Assembly: GCA_028023455.1 (NCBI GenBank) | Contig: JAQFVV010000007.1 | Span: 9,424,001-9,488,000, forward strand | Reading direction: 5' to 3' | Origin: Epiperipatus broadwayi | Taxonomy: Eukaryota > Animalia > Onychophora | Length of the DNA: 64,000 bases | Shown: positions 23,532-38,000 of the stretch, one piece after another | Layout: every line of letters starts with the position of its first letter | Position numbering within the stretch: the first letter of the stretch is position 1 | Notes under the pieces: generated by a model | What the model was told of the DNA's origin: nothing | Database searches by the model: none | The model's input: the letters and a program-made list of their open reading frames with translations, nothing else | Made by a program: the position numbers and the translations under genes

Positions 23532-26500
23532 TAACAAAATATTTATAGCAGTAAAGGTATGGGAACAAACGCCCTATAGATGATGGTTTTTAAATCTCTA
23601 GATAGTCAATGACACCAACAGGGAGAAAGATTAGTTGAGGCATAATAATGAATCATCACACAGCAATTTAAAAGCCCCCAAATCAAATATTGATGAGTTT
23701 AATATAACTCCAATTGCATGATTCTACATAAACCCGAGTTGGTGATTATTAAACCATATCAAATGATGCTGAAACTAGGATAAATGAAGGAGCCAAAAAT
23801 AACCTAAATATCCACCAGCTTATTTCAGAAGATTATATACTCCAAAGGCAATTTTAGGCAGGGGAAGAGAGTGTTTTGGATTTGTAATAATCTTACTCTC
23901 AATAATGGATTTATCTAAACTATAGAGTTATTTATATTGGTTTGGCATACAATATAAATTAACAACTTATGAAACAAATAGCCAATGACATAACAGATCA
24001 ACCATATTATTAAGTGGGTAAATCTGCTTTAGGGAGCCCTAATGTTTAAATAAGTCTATTACTAAGTATAAGTTTGCTAATAGCAAACAAATCATTTGTC
24101 TAAAGGCCATATTTGGTTTAATCTTAACTACTCTCTAATCAGATGCATTGTTGAATTGATTAAACCTATTATAAATGAAATTAATTTTTTCCTATATCTA
24201 TACAAAATTTTATATATATAAAGTAATGTGTAGATAAACATTTTTACAGAATCCAAGATCAAGGCCATAATAATTGAATACTTAACTGCTTGGGAAATTA
24301 TCTGAGTGTTGGAAAAGACAGAGCTGGTCTGCAATTTATGTATATTGGATTCAAGAGACTGCCACTTGACTACTGTACCAAAACATGGGGTGTGTTGTGA
24401 ATATTTAATCATGTTATTGGCACTTCTCCATTAGTCCATTCTCTGTGAATATAAAAAACTATTCAGTAATCTTATATATATATATATTGTTAATATACTA
24501 TGTATGCAGGTGTATTTTTAAAATTTTGTGACTTATCTTTTTTACATGTCTTAAGTCATACTTTTCTGGAATGGGTGATGGAATAAAAATTTGTAATATA
24601 TCTAATATATATATATATATTGCAACGGGCGAAAGATCTTTGAGATTCGCATATACTGACCACTAAGGCGCCACTAGCCCGAAAATTGGGACTAGACATT
24701 TATTTTAAGGGTGGACAGGATATGCGAATCAAAATGCGCCGGACTAAACTTAGGGAGAAACAAGATATCTTAAATATTGTTTAGACAGTTGAGAAATCAA
24801 AGCACAAAGACAAACGTCAGCCAAATTAAGTTTAAACAAATTTTAAACTTTTATTTAAAAACAAAATAACTTGTAAGAAAAGTTTACACGAAAATCAATA
24901 GGGTTATCTCAGGCGTGTACTAGAAAGACTAAACACATTGCTCTAGCAGACTTACTGACTCTCTAATAACGAATTCTACAGGGAGGAAGCACTTTCATTC
25001 AGCAGAAGATAAGTCTCCCAAATGTTGGTTTTCCTATTCACAGGTACGAAAACAATAGGTTCTTGAAATAAATCAACAAAACCAGCACCATCGAGCTTTT
25101 CTAGATCCCAAAAAAATGTATCAGGACCCAAAACGTCATATGCTAGTAGAAACTGCATCTTAAAACTATGTTCAAAGCAAAAATGATTGATTTACCTCAA
25201 GAACCATGACAAATATGGTTCAGAATGAATGGAAAACAAACAAATAAAACTGGCGACTCCCCAACCAAATGATTGGCAAAACTAATCTAAGAATTAATGG
25301 TCTCAATAGGAGACAAGTAAATCATAAAAAAATCAGTTACATCTGCCTCAGCATTTAAAGAAATGAATTACCAATAATTATAATAAAAAATAAATTTATG
25401 ATACAAGTTCTGAGTACACGCTTTGATAAATGTTAAACTATATACTGATAAATAAATGTTAAACTATACACGTAAATACAAAATAAATCTATTGGAGAGT
25501 GCACACGAGTACGAAAATATGAAAGCTATAAATACCTTAGCAGCGAAAGTCTTTCTCACCTGTAATTTACAAAAGGGATAAATATCATCTTCCTGCTGGC
25601 GGCTTAAAAAAATTACAAAGCAAAACCAATTATAGTTTCCGCTTTCAGAGATGTAAGAAACGAAGACTATGAAAATAAAGTCACCAGCCAAAAGATTTGG
25701 TGGTTTGCAAAAGCGCAAACACAGTATTTAAAATTAATTTGGGCTACTAAAATAATTACATGTAAGCTTTCAAAATATACGTGACTGCCAAAGCATTTTA
25801 GTAAAAGAAGGCATAAAATAGAAAAACTCACATGTCACTCTCCAATAAACAACACTTAAAGCAAACTTGGAATCTTAAAACTAAGATTCCAAGACACATG
25901 GCAAAGTACAACAAAAGAGAATAAATATAGCTAATCAATATGAAGTTAAATATTAATTTAGATTACAGGTTTATTAGATTGAGCAAAGATTTAATGAAAA
26001 GAAATTTATCCTGGAAAGAATAAAAGAAAATTTCATCTTACAACAAAGCACAGTTCGCATAGAGTGCGCACGTTTATCTTTAATCCATTTTTAGGTCCTT
26101 TGACAGTGGCAAGGTAGAGGCAGTGTTTATTTTAGAGGATCATGGCATGACTGAAGGAGAGCTGGTAGGCGTGGGTCCGTCCTTTGTTTAAATTAGCAAG
26201 ACATTCTAATGATGGCAAAACTCATAGCGGTAAATTTTGACATCTTACACATTAATGAAATTTGTCGATAATGGTTTAAGTTTTTAGCAGGAATTAAATG
26301 TCCGAACTGCTATCCAAAATGGTGTGACTCTCACAGGCAATAATCCAAGTGTCTATTTCTATACTGAATCTCCTCTATCTAAAAATTGGCGGGCTATCCT
26401 TGCCTCATTACATTTCCCACAAAAACTTTCATTAGTCTCTAATTCTATATCCTTAGGCAGGGCAAATATTAATTTCCCGCTCAATCTAATTTAAGAATTC

Positions 26501-26857
26501 CAACCAGGGATATTGAAACAAAAATGACAATACAATTAAACCTCCACTTTTTAGCATTAACTTTAAAAATGATTAAAATAAAAACAACAGGAATATATAA
26601 TTAGCAAGCTTGCCTGTTTTTAATCAAATTGATTAAAACAGGCGGAGAAAGTAAAGTATTTTTAAATCAATTTTATAAACAAAGTAGTGAAAGTAAACTA
26701 TTTTAAATATAAACACGTATGTGTTTAATTACATGTACGCTTTTTTTTTTTAATAATAATAAAAACATTTTAACGACATTTAATGAAAATTAAGTTGTTT
26801 TTCCCTTTTTAAATTTTAGTAATAAAACAACTGAATCGGAAATCAATCCGGTTCAAT

Positions 26858-27125
26858 ATAATTAGAAGAGATTTGAGCTCAGACTTTCAAGCACCTTACA
26901 TTTATCTTATTCCAGCTTATACAACTGATTCACATGACCACATGCATGAGAAAAAGATAAATGATCTCCAATATACATAATTCATGCTGAATCAGTACTC
27001 ACCAGTTGGTCCAGATCATCATCTGCTACACACATATATAATCAGTGCTCAGTTCATATTAAGATAGCAAATCTTCAAGCTTTATATATAGATAGACTTC
27101 ACCCTTCACCATCTTCCAACTCTTA
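26858..27125 (-). mobile_element. Family F2 copy with decayed hammerhead
   Basis: Minus strand reads ACCAA CTGGTGA GTACTGATTCAGCAT GAAT TATGTA TA TTGG; terminus ...ctcaaatctcttctaatta. Confidence 0.8.
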
Positions 27126-27889
27126 AACTATCCATCTCATTGAAAATTTGATCCCTTCTAACTACATTAAGTTCAGTATAGACAATATACTAATATTTAA
27201 ATATTATATATGTATTAATTTCAATATTCTCACAGATAAATGATGAATTCATAATATTATTTATGGGAGCTTCCATATAATAAAAATATAATAGTTAAAT
27301 AGCTGACATTTCAGTATAATAACAAATACTTTTTTCACAACTATTATAGTAGTTAGCCCTCACTGTGAATTAAAAAAAAAAAGTTATATGCGAACTTTAA
27401 AAGAATTTTTTTTTCATTTTTATCGTATATAGTTGCAATCAAACATTTGACTTTAAAAATAAGAATTTGTTGTGTCTACTTGTTTCTTATTTAAAGCATT
27501 TTTTATTTTAAATTGTTTATTTTTTTTTTTCAAAGTTGTTGATATTAAAATCATTTATTCACATTTAAGTAAAAAAAAAATTTTTTTTTTTTTTAGAAAA
27601 AAAAGGAGATTGAAATATTATAGGCAATTATTCTAATTCTAATATTTGTGTGCTGAAAAGGAATAATGGAGATATAAGATTTAAATTACATAAAATTAAT
27701 TATTTAAGTTATATTTTTATTTCAGCTATTACATATTAGAGATGTCTGCCTATCCCTTGCATATGTATTTAATGGATTATGTCCTGTACATGTGGGGTCA
27801 GATTGACCTTAGGTCAACATGGGTGTGACAATAATCTCGGCCTCAGGGTGGCCTTTGAGCGTTCCATCATCAGATTTTCAATTGGATGG

Positions 27890-28156
27890 ACGGTTGAAGA
27901 GTTTCAGTGTGGAGTGGATTGAAACCTGTCCATTAAAGTAGGAGGATTTGCTATCTTAATATATATCTGAGCACTTGTAGCATATATGTATAGAGATGGT
28001 AATTTGGACCAACTGATGATTGTTGGTTTAGCATGAAATACATATATTGGTGATTATTTATCTTTTCAACATATGTGTGTTCAAGTGTATCAGTGTTATG
28101 AGATAGTGTGGAGAGTGGTGGGTCATGTGAAAGTCTGTGCTCATACCCTGTCTATT
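27890..28156 (+). mobile_element. Family F2 copy (same subfamily as 9412)
   Basis: Colinear with 9412-9667. Confidence 0.8.
28006..28052 (+). ncRNA. Minimal type I hammerhead ribozyme (F2)
   Basis: ACCAA CTGATGA TTGTT-GGTTT-AGCAT GAAA TACATA TA TTGGT. Intact core and perfect stem I; stem II is weakened at its base. Confidence 0.65.
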
Positions 28157-29771
28157 AATATTGAAATTAATTTTAGAAATAGTTGGCGCAAGCCTTTCGA
28201 AAACAGATGTTCAAGGCATATGTGCGGTTATACAAAGTGGACACTGGAAAATGTTAGCATCGCATGGTTTTTAGGAGATAACCATTGTAATTTCTGACAT
28301 CATTAATTTTGTATTAAAGGGGATTGTTTATCCTTAACAAAAAAAAAAAAAAGCTAGATACTTGATAATCATTTACTTCAATATAGTTTTTAAAAATGGT
28401 GATTAGTATTAAAGTTATTAACCATAATAGTCAGTTAAGATAGTCTGATGGGGTTTGTGAAGTCTCCATTTCATTACTGCTGAGTTTCTGTGATATAATG
28501 TTAAAATAAAATGAAAGCCTAAAATAAAATAAAAGTCTATCTAACAAAAAAGGAAATTATCTTTTCTAAATCTTAACATTGAAGAAGTTACATTTTAAAG
28601 ATATCCAGAGGGGAAATGTTATTCCATGGACCAATTATTAAGTTTATATACATTTCCAAGAATTCTTAAACTTTATGTCTACCTGTAATCATCTAAACAA
28701 GTTTGGGTAACCATAGACTTTATTTAAAAAATTTAAATTTAACAAGAATGGTCATTCTTTAGTAATTGTTGCTTTTTATTTTGTCAACAAGTCTCAGTTG
28801 AGAAATCCACTGAAAAAGAGATTAATTAAATAGAAAGGATTTGAAACTGAACTTTGGATTTAGGACTTTAGAAAAAAAAAGACACTATTTCCATTAATAA
28901 CAATTTTATTATAAATTGTTGCTATGCATTTTTTTTTCTTAGCTATCCTAAAGAAACATTCTTTTAAAACAACAAAGGTCATATAACCAAAATATTTTTG
29001 GGGCTTTATATATAATACATGTTTGCAAACATCCCAGATAATATTTTTAATGTGAATGGTTATACTTATTAAAGGTTATATAATGATTATTAAAATTTAT
29101 TGTCATTATAAATTTTAAATCTTATAAATACATGGTTCCAGGATAAAAGGAATCATGTTGATATTTAGTGAGTCATTCGGGATATAAAGTACTAAAAGTA
29201 AGATGTTGGTAAATTTAGTTTGTTTTATAAATAATTTGAATAGTGGCTACTGTATACTTGGCATTGCTATATGCAGTAATATATATATAATTTTTATTTG
29301 TATAAGAGATGGTGAATTTTTTTTATTACAAACTTAATTTTATCTGAGTAATGCAAATTCCTTTCATTGTGTAGCTATTTCATTTTTTATGTAAGAGATG
29401 ATAAAATTCCTCTTGTTATATGTTAAATGAGAATGTACATGAAGATAAACAGTAATACATTTACTTTGCTTTTGCCACTCCTTAAATAAGCCAATACTTG
29501 TGATCCTAAGCTAGTTTGTTTTAGAAATTCCTATATATATATATATATCTTATATTTTATAGCAATAGAAAAGTTTGATGTATTATTAAAAGGAACTTTT
29601 ACCTGCAAAATAAGTATAGAAACTATATTTTAAATTAGTAATTTATTTCATTAATAACAATTTAACAATAGGATTATTGTATAAAACAGAGAAACATTAA
29701 AATTATATAAAACATTATTGCCAAGCACTTTCAACTCATTTGAGTCTTTATCAAGGCTGCATAAAAATTGT

Positions 29772-30897
29772 TGGTACTTTAGTATTATTCAACCGATGAC
29801 GTTTTATATTTACCGATTTTCCTTCCAGCAAACATCTTCGATGATAACATGACAACATTGTCATGTCAACCAAGACACTGACATGATTAATCCAATTTTT
29901 GGATTTTTTTGACCCGCGAGATTTAAAAATCGGAGAGAGCTTTGGAAAATTTTGTCATTTGTCTGTCTTTTGTGATTTTGCTACTAGTCCGCCACAGTGG
30001 ATGTTATTTGTAAGTAATTTTCATTTTTGTTTCTAATAAATAATGTCATTTTGATGTATATTATTTTGTAAATTCTTCTGCAATTATAAAAAGTACAATT
30101 AATTAATTTTATTTTTAATTTCTGAATTATACAGAAATTTTTTTTTGTTTAAATTCATCTGCAATTATAAAAATTACAGCTATGAGAGTAATACAATGTC
30201 TGGTGTTGTCGGTGGTTTTGTATTTTATAATTGAGCATAATATTGGCCGTGAATTCAGCACGTCAAAAACAACCCCCCCCTGCCCCATTACAGCGCTATG
30301 CACTGACTTTTCTAATTTTCAGTCAAAAAAGAGACACATTTTCAAATTGTTTGTTTTATATATTTTTAACATGAATAATTGAGTTAAATACCATCGGAAA
30401 TATAAAGATAAGATAATTTTTAACGCTTAAATTTTTGTGATTTTTTTTTTTTTTGTTATAAAAATTTGTAATATAGAGTACATTTTAGGTCACCATTAAT
30501 AATGCCAGATAATCAGGAAAAGTGTTCTTTATTTGTCTATTTATTTTAAATGTACAAAAAACAATTTGTACAATTATAAAATTTACACTTAATTACTTTC
30601 AATTTCTAAATCATCAAACTTACACTTAATTACTTTTAATTTCTAAATTATTTTGATGCATGCATGTACTTTTTTTTATCTTTTTTTAAATTTTTTCCGA
30701 CCAATGACATTATAGCCTGAAGCCATATCAGTCTGATCTTGCGATCTTTAAGTGCCGGGTCCATGTGATTTGCGGACAAGTTTTAGCAATTGCATTTGTC
30801 CACAAATCACTTGGAGACGTTATCTTAAAAGATCTGAAGATCAGACTGATATGGCTTCAGGGTAATATGTCATCGGTTGGAAAATACTAAAGAACCA
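29772..30897. mobile_element. ~1.1 kb non-autonomous TIR element flanked by an AATTGT duplication
   Basis: TIR tggtactttagtattattcaaccgatgac pairs with gtcatcggttggaaaatactaaagaacca. aattgt occurs at 29766-29771 and 30898-30903 (or a 4-bp ATTG if the TIR is one base longer). Confidence 0.75.
30693..30884. repeat. ~190-bp palindrome forming the right end of the nested TIR element
   Basis: ttttccgaccaatgacattatagcctgaagccatatcagtctgatctt pairs with aagatcagactgatatggcttcagggtaatatgtcatcggttggaaaa. Confidence 0.85.
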
Positions 30898-33109
30898 AAT
30901 TGTTATACTCTACTAAACATTTCATTATATTGGCCAGGAACAACTAATTAGAAAACTGGTTAACTTTGCATTAGTAGCTCCAGAATAATTTTTACAGCAT
31001 GACTCCTTGATCTTATGTTTTTTATCATCTGTTTTATACATTAATACACTATTCTGTCAAGGACAATATACATGCCCCATAATACTTTGATGAATATAAA
31101 AGGCTGAATAAAATGTATCACCCTCCATTACCTTTTATATGTATATATTTATGTTGTTGAACATGATACTTAATATTTGTCTTAGTTTTATCAATATATG
31201 TTGCATTACAATGAAGGATGATAAAGTTTATTCAGCTTTTTATATTCATCAAAATTTTACAGGACTTGTATGTTGTCCACAAGAGTTTAGTGTATTAATG
31301 TATGTTTTAAAAACATAAGATCAAGGAGTCATATGCTATAAAAAATTCTTCTAAGGCTACTAATGCAAAGGTAATCAGTTTTCTGATTAGTTGTTCCTGA
31401 AATATAACGATTTTTATACAACCTTGATAAGGACTCAAACGAGTTGAAAGTGTTTGATAATAGTGTTTTATATTATTTTAATGTTTCTCTGTTTCGTACA
31501 ATAGTCGTATTGCTAGATTGTGATTTGGATTTTATAATAACAGAAGTATAATGAGATATTATTTTATATAGCGCTATGTTTTTTATGTATTGTATTTATT
31601 ATTTATTTTATTAGCAAATAATTGTAATATTTTTCTATATAACCTTCCTTAATATATATATTTTTGCAGCTTACAGACAATAGCGCTGAATATAAATAGA
31701 GCCATTTCACTTTGTTTTTTTTAAAATTTCCTTTAATACTTTGAAAAGTTGTAATAAGTTCATAAATATATTTGTTCTTAATGATAATATGAAATCATTT
31801 AGAAGTCAAAAAACTGTATATATTTTTTTATTAAATTTAGTTTTCGGGTATTTTCTTTACAAGGTCGATCGACCCTTATCATTCATCTAACACGTATTAA
31901 ATAAATACACTAATGTTTTCTTTTGCCTAGCCATATTAAATTACTATTAGATAATATAATTTTGTAATATAAAGAGGAAAAGGACGATGCTTACATTAAA
32001 GTAAACTTTCGGATTATTTGGTTACTTATTTTAAACATATTGCGAGATCAAGGAAATGCCCCTTTGATTTCGATGTATATTTATTTGAAATACGCACATA
32101 TGTAATAGAAGAGTCAGATATAAATACGTTTTCTTATTCAACTCATAGGGACTATTAAATAATAACAGCCAATCTCACTTCCCCATTATGTGTATACGTA
32201 AGGTACAATTTTGCCACCCAAATACGTGGATTATTTGAGGAGCCACTTTCCATCATTAATTACCGCTACAATATATATATATATATAGAATTAAATTTAA
32301 GTATATCTTTTTTTAAAAAAATGCGTATATACTATGTATTTACTCACTGAAAAAAAAAAGTTAAGCAGATGTTTCAAAATGCATCCGTAGTGAGAGAGCG
32401 GTTGATATGAGTTCTGGGCTGATGGATGTTTGGAATATGATTGATGAAAAACGCATTGACAAAAACAAAAACTTGAACATATATATTATTAATGCATTAT
32501 GTATGCATACGTATTTTAAAGTTTTGTTTATCCATAGCAGAAACATCAAAATCCGATGTCAGTCATTTGTGCGCGGTTTAATTTACGCCCTTAATCAGAA
32601 AATCATCCGAGATGGAAAGATCGTTACTAATTAGATTATTTATATTTAACAATTTTTAATTTTTTAATCAATGACAGTCCAACATAAAAATGTGAGAAGA
32701 GAATTCATCATTTAAAATCAATTTAACTTTGGAGTTGAATTAAAAGAAAATTGATTATTTTGTTTATGCAAAACTAGTAATTGATTTTTTTATCCATAAA
32801 TTTAATTTTTTTAGCATTAAATAAGGTATGTGTAGCGTGTTTTAACAAATGAGTGGGATGAATAAACGATTGAGAAAGAGAAAGAGAAAACAAGTGATGA
32901 AGAAAAGGAATGATTAATTGATTCAGTTCAATGTTAAGTTTAAAGTAAATAAACAATAAAGACAGAAAAACAAAATGACTACATTAGATGCAGCGTAGAA
33001 AAATAAGTTCTAATTTGGATATTCTATATGCATAAATACATATACATGAGGAATTCTGAAAAGTAAAATATTTTTTTTAAAAAAATAAAATAAAATGAAG
33101 TGATCAAAT

Positions 33110-33190
33110 AACTTTACTTCGAGCGCTGGGTTGCCAGCCCTGGAATCGAACTGAGAATCTCCCACTACGAATGCATTAAACCACGCAGGG
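33110..33190 (-). mobile_element. tRNA-derived SINE-like head
   Basis: Minus strand gcgtggtttaatgc...gttcgattccagggc has A-box-like and B-box motifs. It shares ttcgagcgctgg with 46860-47040. Similar weak heads lie near 8580-8640, 18440-18475 and 38380-38450. Confidence 0.45.
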
Positions 33191-33626
33191 CATTTTACTT
33201 TTTGATAATAAATCACACGATCAGTTAGTTTTAATGTTATAAATAACTACCACGGATTCTTTTGAAAACATATGAATAAAGATGCAAAGAAAGACAAATG
33301 ACTCCCAAGATACATTTCGTGCTGAAATAAAGATGTTACAGTTGGGGAAGAGAAATGTGAATAACTGCATGTTTATCTGCATTTAATTAAAAAAATCAGA
33401 TATATTAATCTTCAACAAAGGTTTAGAGTTTATATCTGGGCTAGAATCTCTAGTTTAAAAAATGGATTAGTGGTAATCATTACTGCATTTATGCAGAGTG
33501 GACAGTATCAAAGTTGTGGGTGGAGAAAGTTTGACACCTGTAAATCAAAATGTAACAATTTCATTTTAAATATTTTCATGTGTTGTGGGATTATAGTTAT
33601 TTTCTAATTCATGATATTATATAGGG

Positions 33627-34024
33627 CAGGGGTCCCCAACCTTTTTGCACTTAAGAGCACATTCTATAATACCGGCCAGGTGGCGGGCACCATTTATTTT
33701 TTTCAACCAGGTGGCGGTTACCATTTATTTTTTCAATGTAAATTTATAATTGGATATTGTTAATAATAGACATAATGTACAAAAAAATATTTAGTTCAAA
33801 AATAAAATTTTAACATATAATTAACGCTTATATTTTTATGCTATAAAAGTATAGTATGCCCTACAATTTGATTACAATATAATACAATAATTTATAAGAA
33901 ATTAAAAAAATTAAATTTATTTGTATCAGATAAATAATTTTTATCATGTTCGGATAGCGGCAGGCACATATAAAATGGTCTGCGGGTGCCATGGTGCCCA
34001 TGGGCATAGGGTTGGGGACCCCTG
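33627..34024. mobile_element. hAT-superfamily MITE
   Basis: TIR caggggtccccaacc / ggttggggacccctg with an 8-bp TSD atataggg / atatagga (7 of 8 match); no ORF. Confidence 0.85.
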
Positions 34025-34728
34025 ATATAGGATTTCAAAATAATTTTATGCAGCAATACATTGCTGCCAGCACAATATACAACATTCTTTATGCTTGGGG
34101 TGATGCTACTTTGCAAAGGGATTGCTATTAAAATGAACAATTCAAATTAAAAAAATTTAAACATTAATTACAACTTTTGTAACACTTTAATACTTATTGT
34201 GAATTTAGAACACTTTTTCTGATATGTCATATAGCTACTTACATGCAGTGTTGTTTCTCTAACTATGTATGTGGCAAGTGAAAATAATGAAATAAAGTAA
34301 TCAGAAAATATTATTTCATAGTCTCTCTATATATTTTAATAGTCCCATGATAGATTAGTATCTCACCTACCTGAAATAGCAATGATTAAGTGTGAATCAG
34401 ACACCAATAAAAAATTTAAAAAAATTAGCCGATTTAGAGATTTTTTTTTCAAGTAACCAGTCTATAAGCTTAATTATCCTATCATTGGTCAGTAAATGGA
34501 TATCTAGTAATTTTTAGTTCATAAAATTCAAAAAACAGATGACATCTTTTATCACCTGATAATCAAACAATCTGTTGATAAGAAAATTAAAATCTGCCCA
34601 AATTCTTTTACCACCAGGCAATTAAAAAAACTTGTTGAGTAATGTCTTCTCCATTTTTTCTACAAGGGAGTGGGGTTAATTCTGCTGTGATATATTTAAA
34701 ATCTCATCTGATTTTTTTTATTTTAAGT

Positions 34729-34934
34729 AACATGATCACCATTTCTTATGCTTGCTCATAACTGTTATTAAAACAGGCAAAACTCTCCATACAGTAGTAC
34801 TACTCAGTGCAAGCCAGAGTAATCAAAGGATGCCAGAAAGCACTAGATAGGAAATTTATGCAAAAGTTTTCTGGCAACCATTGATTACTCTGGCTTGCAC
34901 TTAGTGGCACTACTGTATGAAGAGTTTTATCTGT
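34729..34934. mobile_element. Family F1 mini-palindrome (no ribozyme)
   Basis: aacatgatcacc...caggcaaaactctccatacagtag...ccagaaag followed by the reverse complement ...ctactgtatgaagagttttatctgt. Confidence 0.8.
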
Positions 34935-37479
34935 AAATATGATCATACAAGTTCACTGAAATTCATGAAGTAGTTTTAAAATTAAAATACTAGAATAATT
35001 ATGAGAAAATGGCAAGTAATGTTAGTTTATCACTTAATTGTGTGCTGATATTTTGTAATGTTACAGGATGAGGACTCTGGATGTCAAAGTTCATGGATCA
35101 TGACCCTGTTTCATCACTTCCTGTAGTCAAAGTTTTTATTAACTCTTAAGCAGTAGATCATTGGATTCTTTGTTTTTTGTTTGGCCATAGTTTTTTTAGT
35201 TATACTTTCTGCCTTTACGGAGAGAATTTAATATAAATCACAAGATATTTTGTTAAGGCAACATTTATAAATAAAAAGAGGGTGTTTCAGCAACAGATTA
35301 AAAATTTATAGGATATATAAGTTTGAACTGCTCTCAGGTGATTTACATTTATAAACGACTTTGGTTTTGAGCAAAGTCTAGTTTAATATATAATATATGA
35401 TTCTGTGTCTTTGCATCTTCCAATTTGCTAAACAATTGGCCACCCCAATACCCATAGATACATAATATGTGAAGCATTTTTAGTGTCTTTAACTTTTTTT
35501 AAGGACTTCTATCTGAGAAGAATATTAATTTCTAAATTTAAATATAGTTACAACCCCTATTTAAACTATAGACTTGTAGAGATATAAAATCTGATTTTTA
35601 TTTTTAAAGAAATTAAAAAAAAAAGAAAAGAACACAATCAGTCAGAGAAACAGAAAAACAAATAAAATATTCAGAAAGATACGAGACAAGACAAAGTATT
35701 TATTAAAACTATCAATAGGAGGTGCATAATTGTTGAAAACATCCTGCTTGTGACAGATTCCATGCTCAATTTCGAATTTTTGTCAAAACAAATATTCTTT
35801 GTCTTTTTCTTCCTCTAAATATTGCTATGATTTAGAAAAAAATCTTTTTAAAAGTTTACATTATTTAAATAAAAGTCTACTGTTTAGTCTATTAATAGCA
35901 ATGTAAACGTAATAATAAAATATGGATTAGCAGAGAATAATTCTCGCTTGTTCAAGTTGTTTATATATATATATGAATGTTTACCTACTGTTATCAGGGT
36001 AACTTTTAAAGTACGCTTGACTTATGAAGCTTTAAAATCTCTGATTGGAACATTATGAGATCCTTTTAGCTATAATTCGCTTCTGATCAGAGCTCTTACG
36101 CTTCAATAAATATAGCAATATAAAGAACACTGTTGATTATTGAATCTTAATGTTGTAATACTGCCCTCCGGGGTACAAATAATTTTCGACTTATTTTCCT
36201 ACATTAATGAACCATTTATATGTCATTTCTACTACCCCATATGTATATTTTAAACCCAGTTAAAGATTAATACATTGCATTTTAATTAAAGATAGACAAA
36301 TACATAGAATAATTAACTACGTCATATATTTTTTTATAAGTAATTTCTTTTCTTTTTTTAGATGTACTTAAAACTTTTATTCCAACGTACGTTCTTGAAA
36401 CATATGAATAAAAACTTCAGATTAAAGAATAATGGTTTTCAAGATGTATTTAAAACTGTACTAGAACTTTTCATTTGGGCCAAATCACAATCTTTCACAC
36501 ATGTTCATTATTTGTCAATGCCAAAGTATTACAATTTTGATTTGTAAGTGTCGAACTTTCTGCACCCACAACTTTGGGACTATCTATTTCAAATAAACAC
36601 ATTAATAATTATTACTAATCATTTATAACATTAGAGATTATCATATTAATCGTAACCATAAATAATCTTTAAATCTGATTAAAATTTGATATAACTGCTT
36701 TTAATTAATGTAAACACGTGGAATAATTGATCCAACTTCACCTGTCTTTTCTCATATGTAACGCTTCATTTGTCTTTTCAAATGCCTTTATAAATTTATA
36801 TCCTTCAAGAATATGTAATGGAACGATATTTTAAGTATGTCTAAAAAAGATTTTACTTATATTTATTAAATTTAGATTTTTTCCCCAGTTTATCTTCCTA
36901 TCTCAATATTATAATGTGGAATGAATTCTAGATATTGTATCACAATACATTAAGCCGTGTTCGTTAATCATTTACAATTTAATTTACTCTAGAATATTTT
37001 GAAATAATAAACACAGATTGAATAGTTATGCCCCCTTCTCCCAACAATCCATTTAAATTTACATATACCTTTTGAACTTTCTTTTTATAATTCAATTTTC
37101 CACAAAAACCCTCTCCCAATATGATAAAAAAAATATTTTTAAAAACAAAAACAAATATATATATATATATGAACACAAGTAGTATATAGACATCTAAAAT
37201 GACATAATTTATTCACTTATAAAAGGCTTATCTTTTAAAAGTAAAAAAAAATAATAATGATAATAATAAAAAAAAAGAAGGAGGCGGAGGAGAAAAAGAA
37301 GAAGGAGGAGAACAAAAAAAGGAGAAGAGGGAGAAAAATAATAAGAAGAAAAAGATGATGATGATGATTAAAGCTTAGGATAATCAAATAATGAACAATT
37401 AATTACACTAGACAATATATTTTGCTTAATTATGATATGTGAATTGAAAGCAGTAATTAATTTCATTTTTTTTTAAAAA

Positions 37480-38000
37480 AAAGACTAATAGCTTTATTGC
37501 TCAGGAGTTCATAAGAAGTTGGAGTGCCAAATGTGTGAGCATGATACCAGGTTGGATACTTTGCTGCTGTACTAAACCTGCACAGAGCATTAATTTTATT
37601 AATCAATCCAGAGCAATTCATTGCAAACATGCAAACATGAACACTAGACTGCAACCCTAAACAATTTTTCAGACAAACCTCTGACAACCAGTCCACATCA
37701 AAAAGGAGCAGTGGATTACAAACATTCAGTGGTCATCACTACTTATTTATATTATCCAATGACTAAAAATGTAAAGTGGTGAAGTTTGAGCAGTTTTTAC
37801 TCAGTTTTATTCTCTTTTTGTGATAAATTTGGCAATAGTTATCGTCTTACAATTTTTGTACCAACTTTCAATGGTTTTCCTTGTGATATTATTATACCAA
37901 TTTACTTCCATGAACTAAGTGTTCCTCTCTATATAAAATAATTTTGGTCCAAATACAATCTTAACCAGTCCCAACCTTATGAGAAAGTATAACAGAAAAA
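37480..38000 (-). mobile_element. Decayed CR1/L2-type ORF2 C-terminus
   Basis: Minus frames ...CSGLINK...TWYHAHTFGTP...ISLFF and MEVNWYNNITRKTIES...AKFIT resemble the CR1/L2 3' region. Confidence 0.4.

Larger units (their letters stand above)
29664..31513. repeat. Large foldback element (~320-bp arms) interrupted by a nested insertion
   Basis: 29664-29771 pairs with 31405-31513, and 30935-31130 pairs with 31205-31405. Removing 29772-30903 restores a continuous left arm. Confidence 0.8.

Noticed and set aside
27790-27885. Possible fourth hammerhead (GGCC-ACCCTGA-GGCC GAGA ... GTC on minus)
   Set aside because: No correctly spaced CUGANGA before the stem and GAAA is altered; too degenerate to call.
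31085-31125. Hammerhead-like TTGATGA...GAAT in the large foldback
   Set aside because: No stem II or stem I pairing and two core mismatches.
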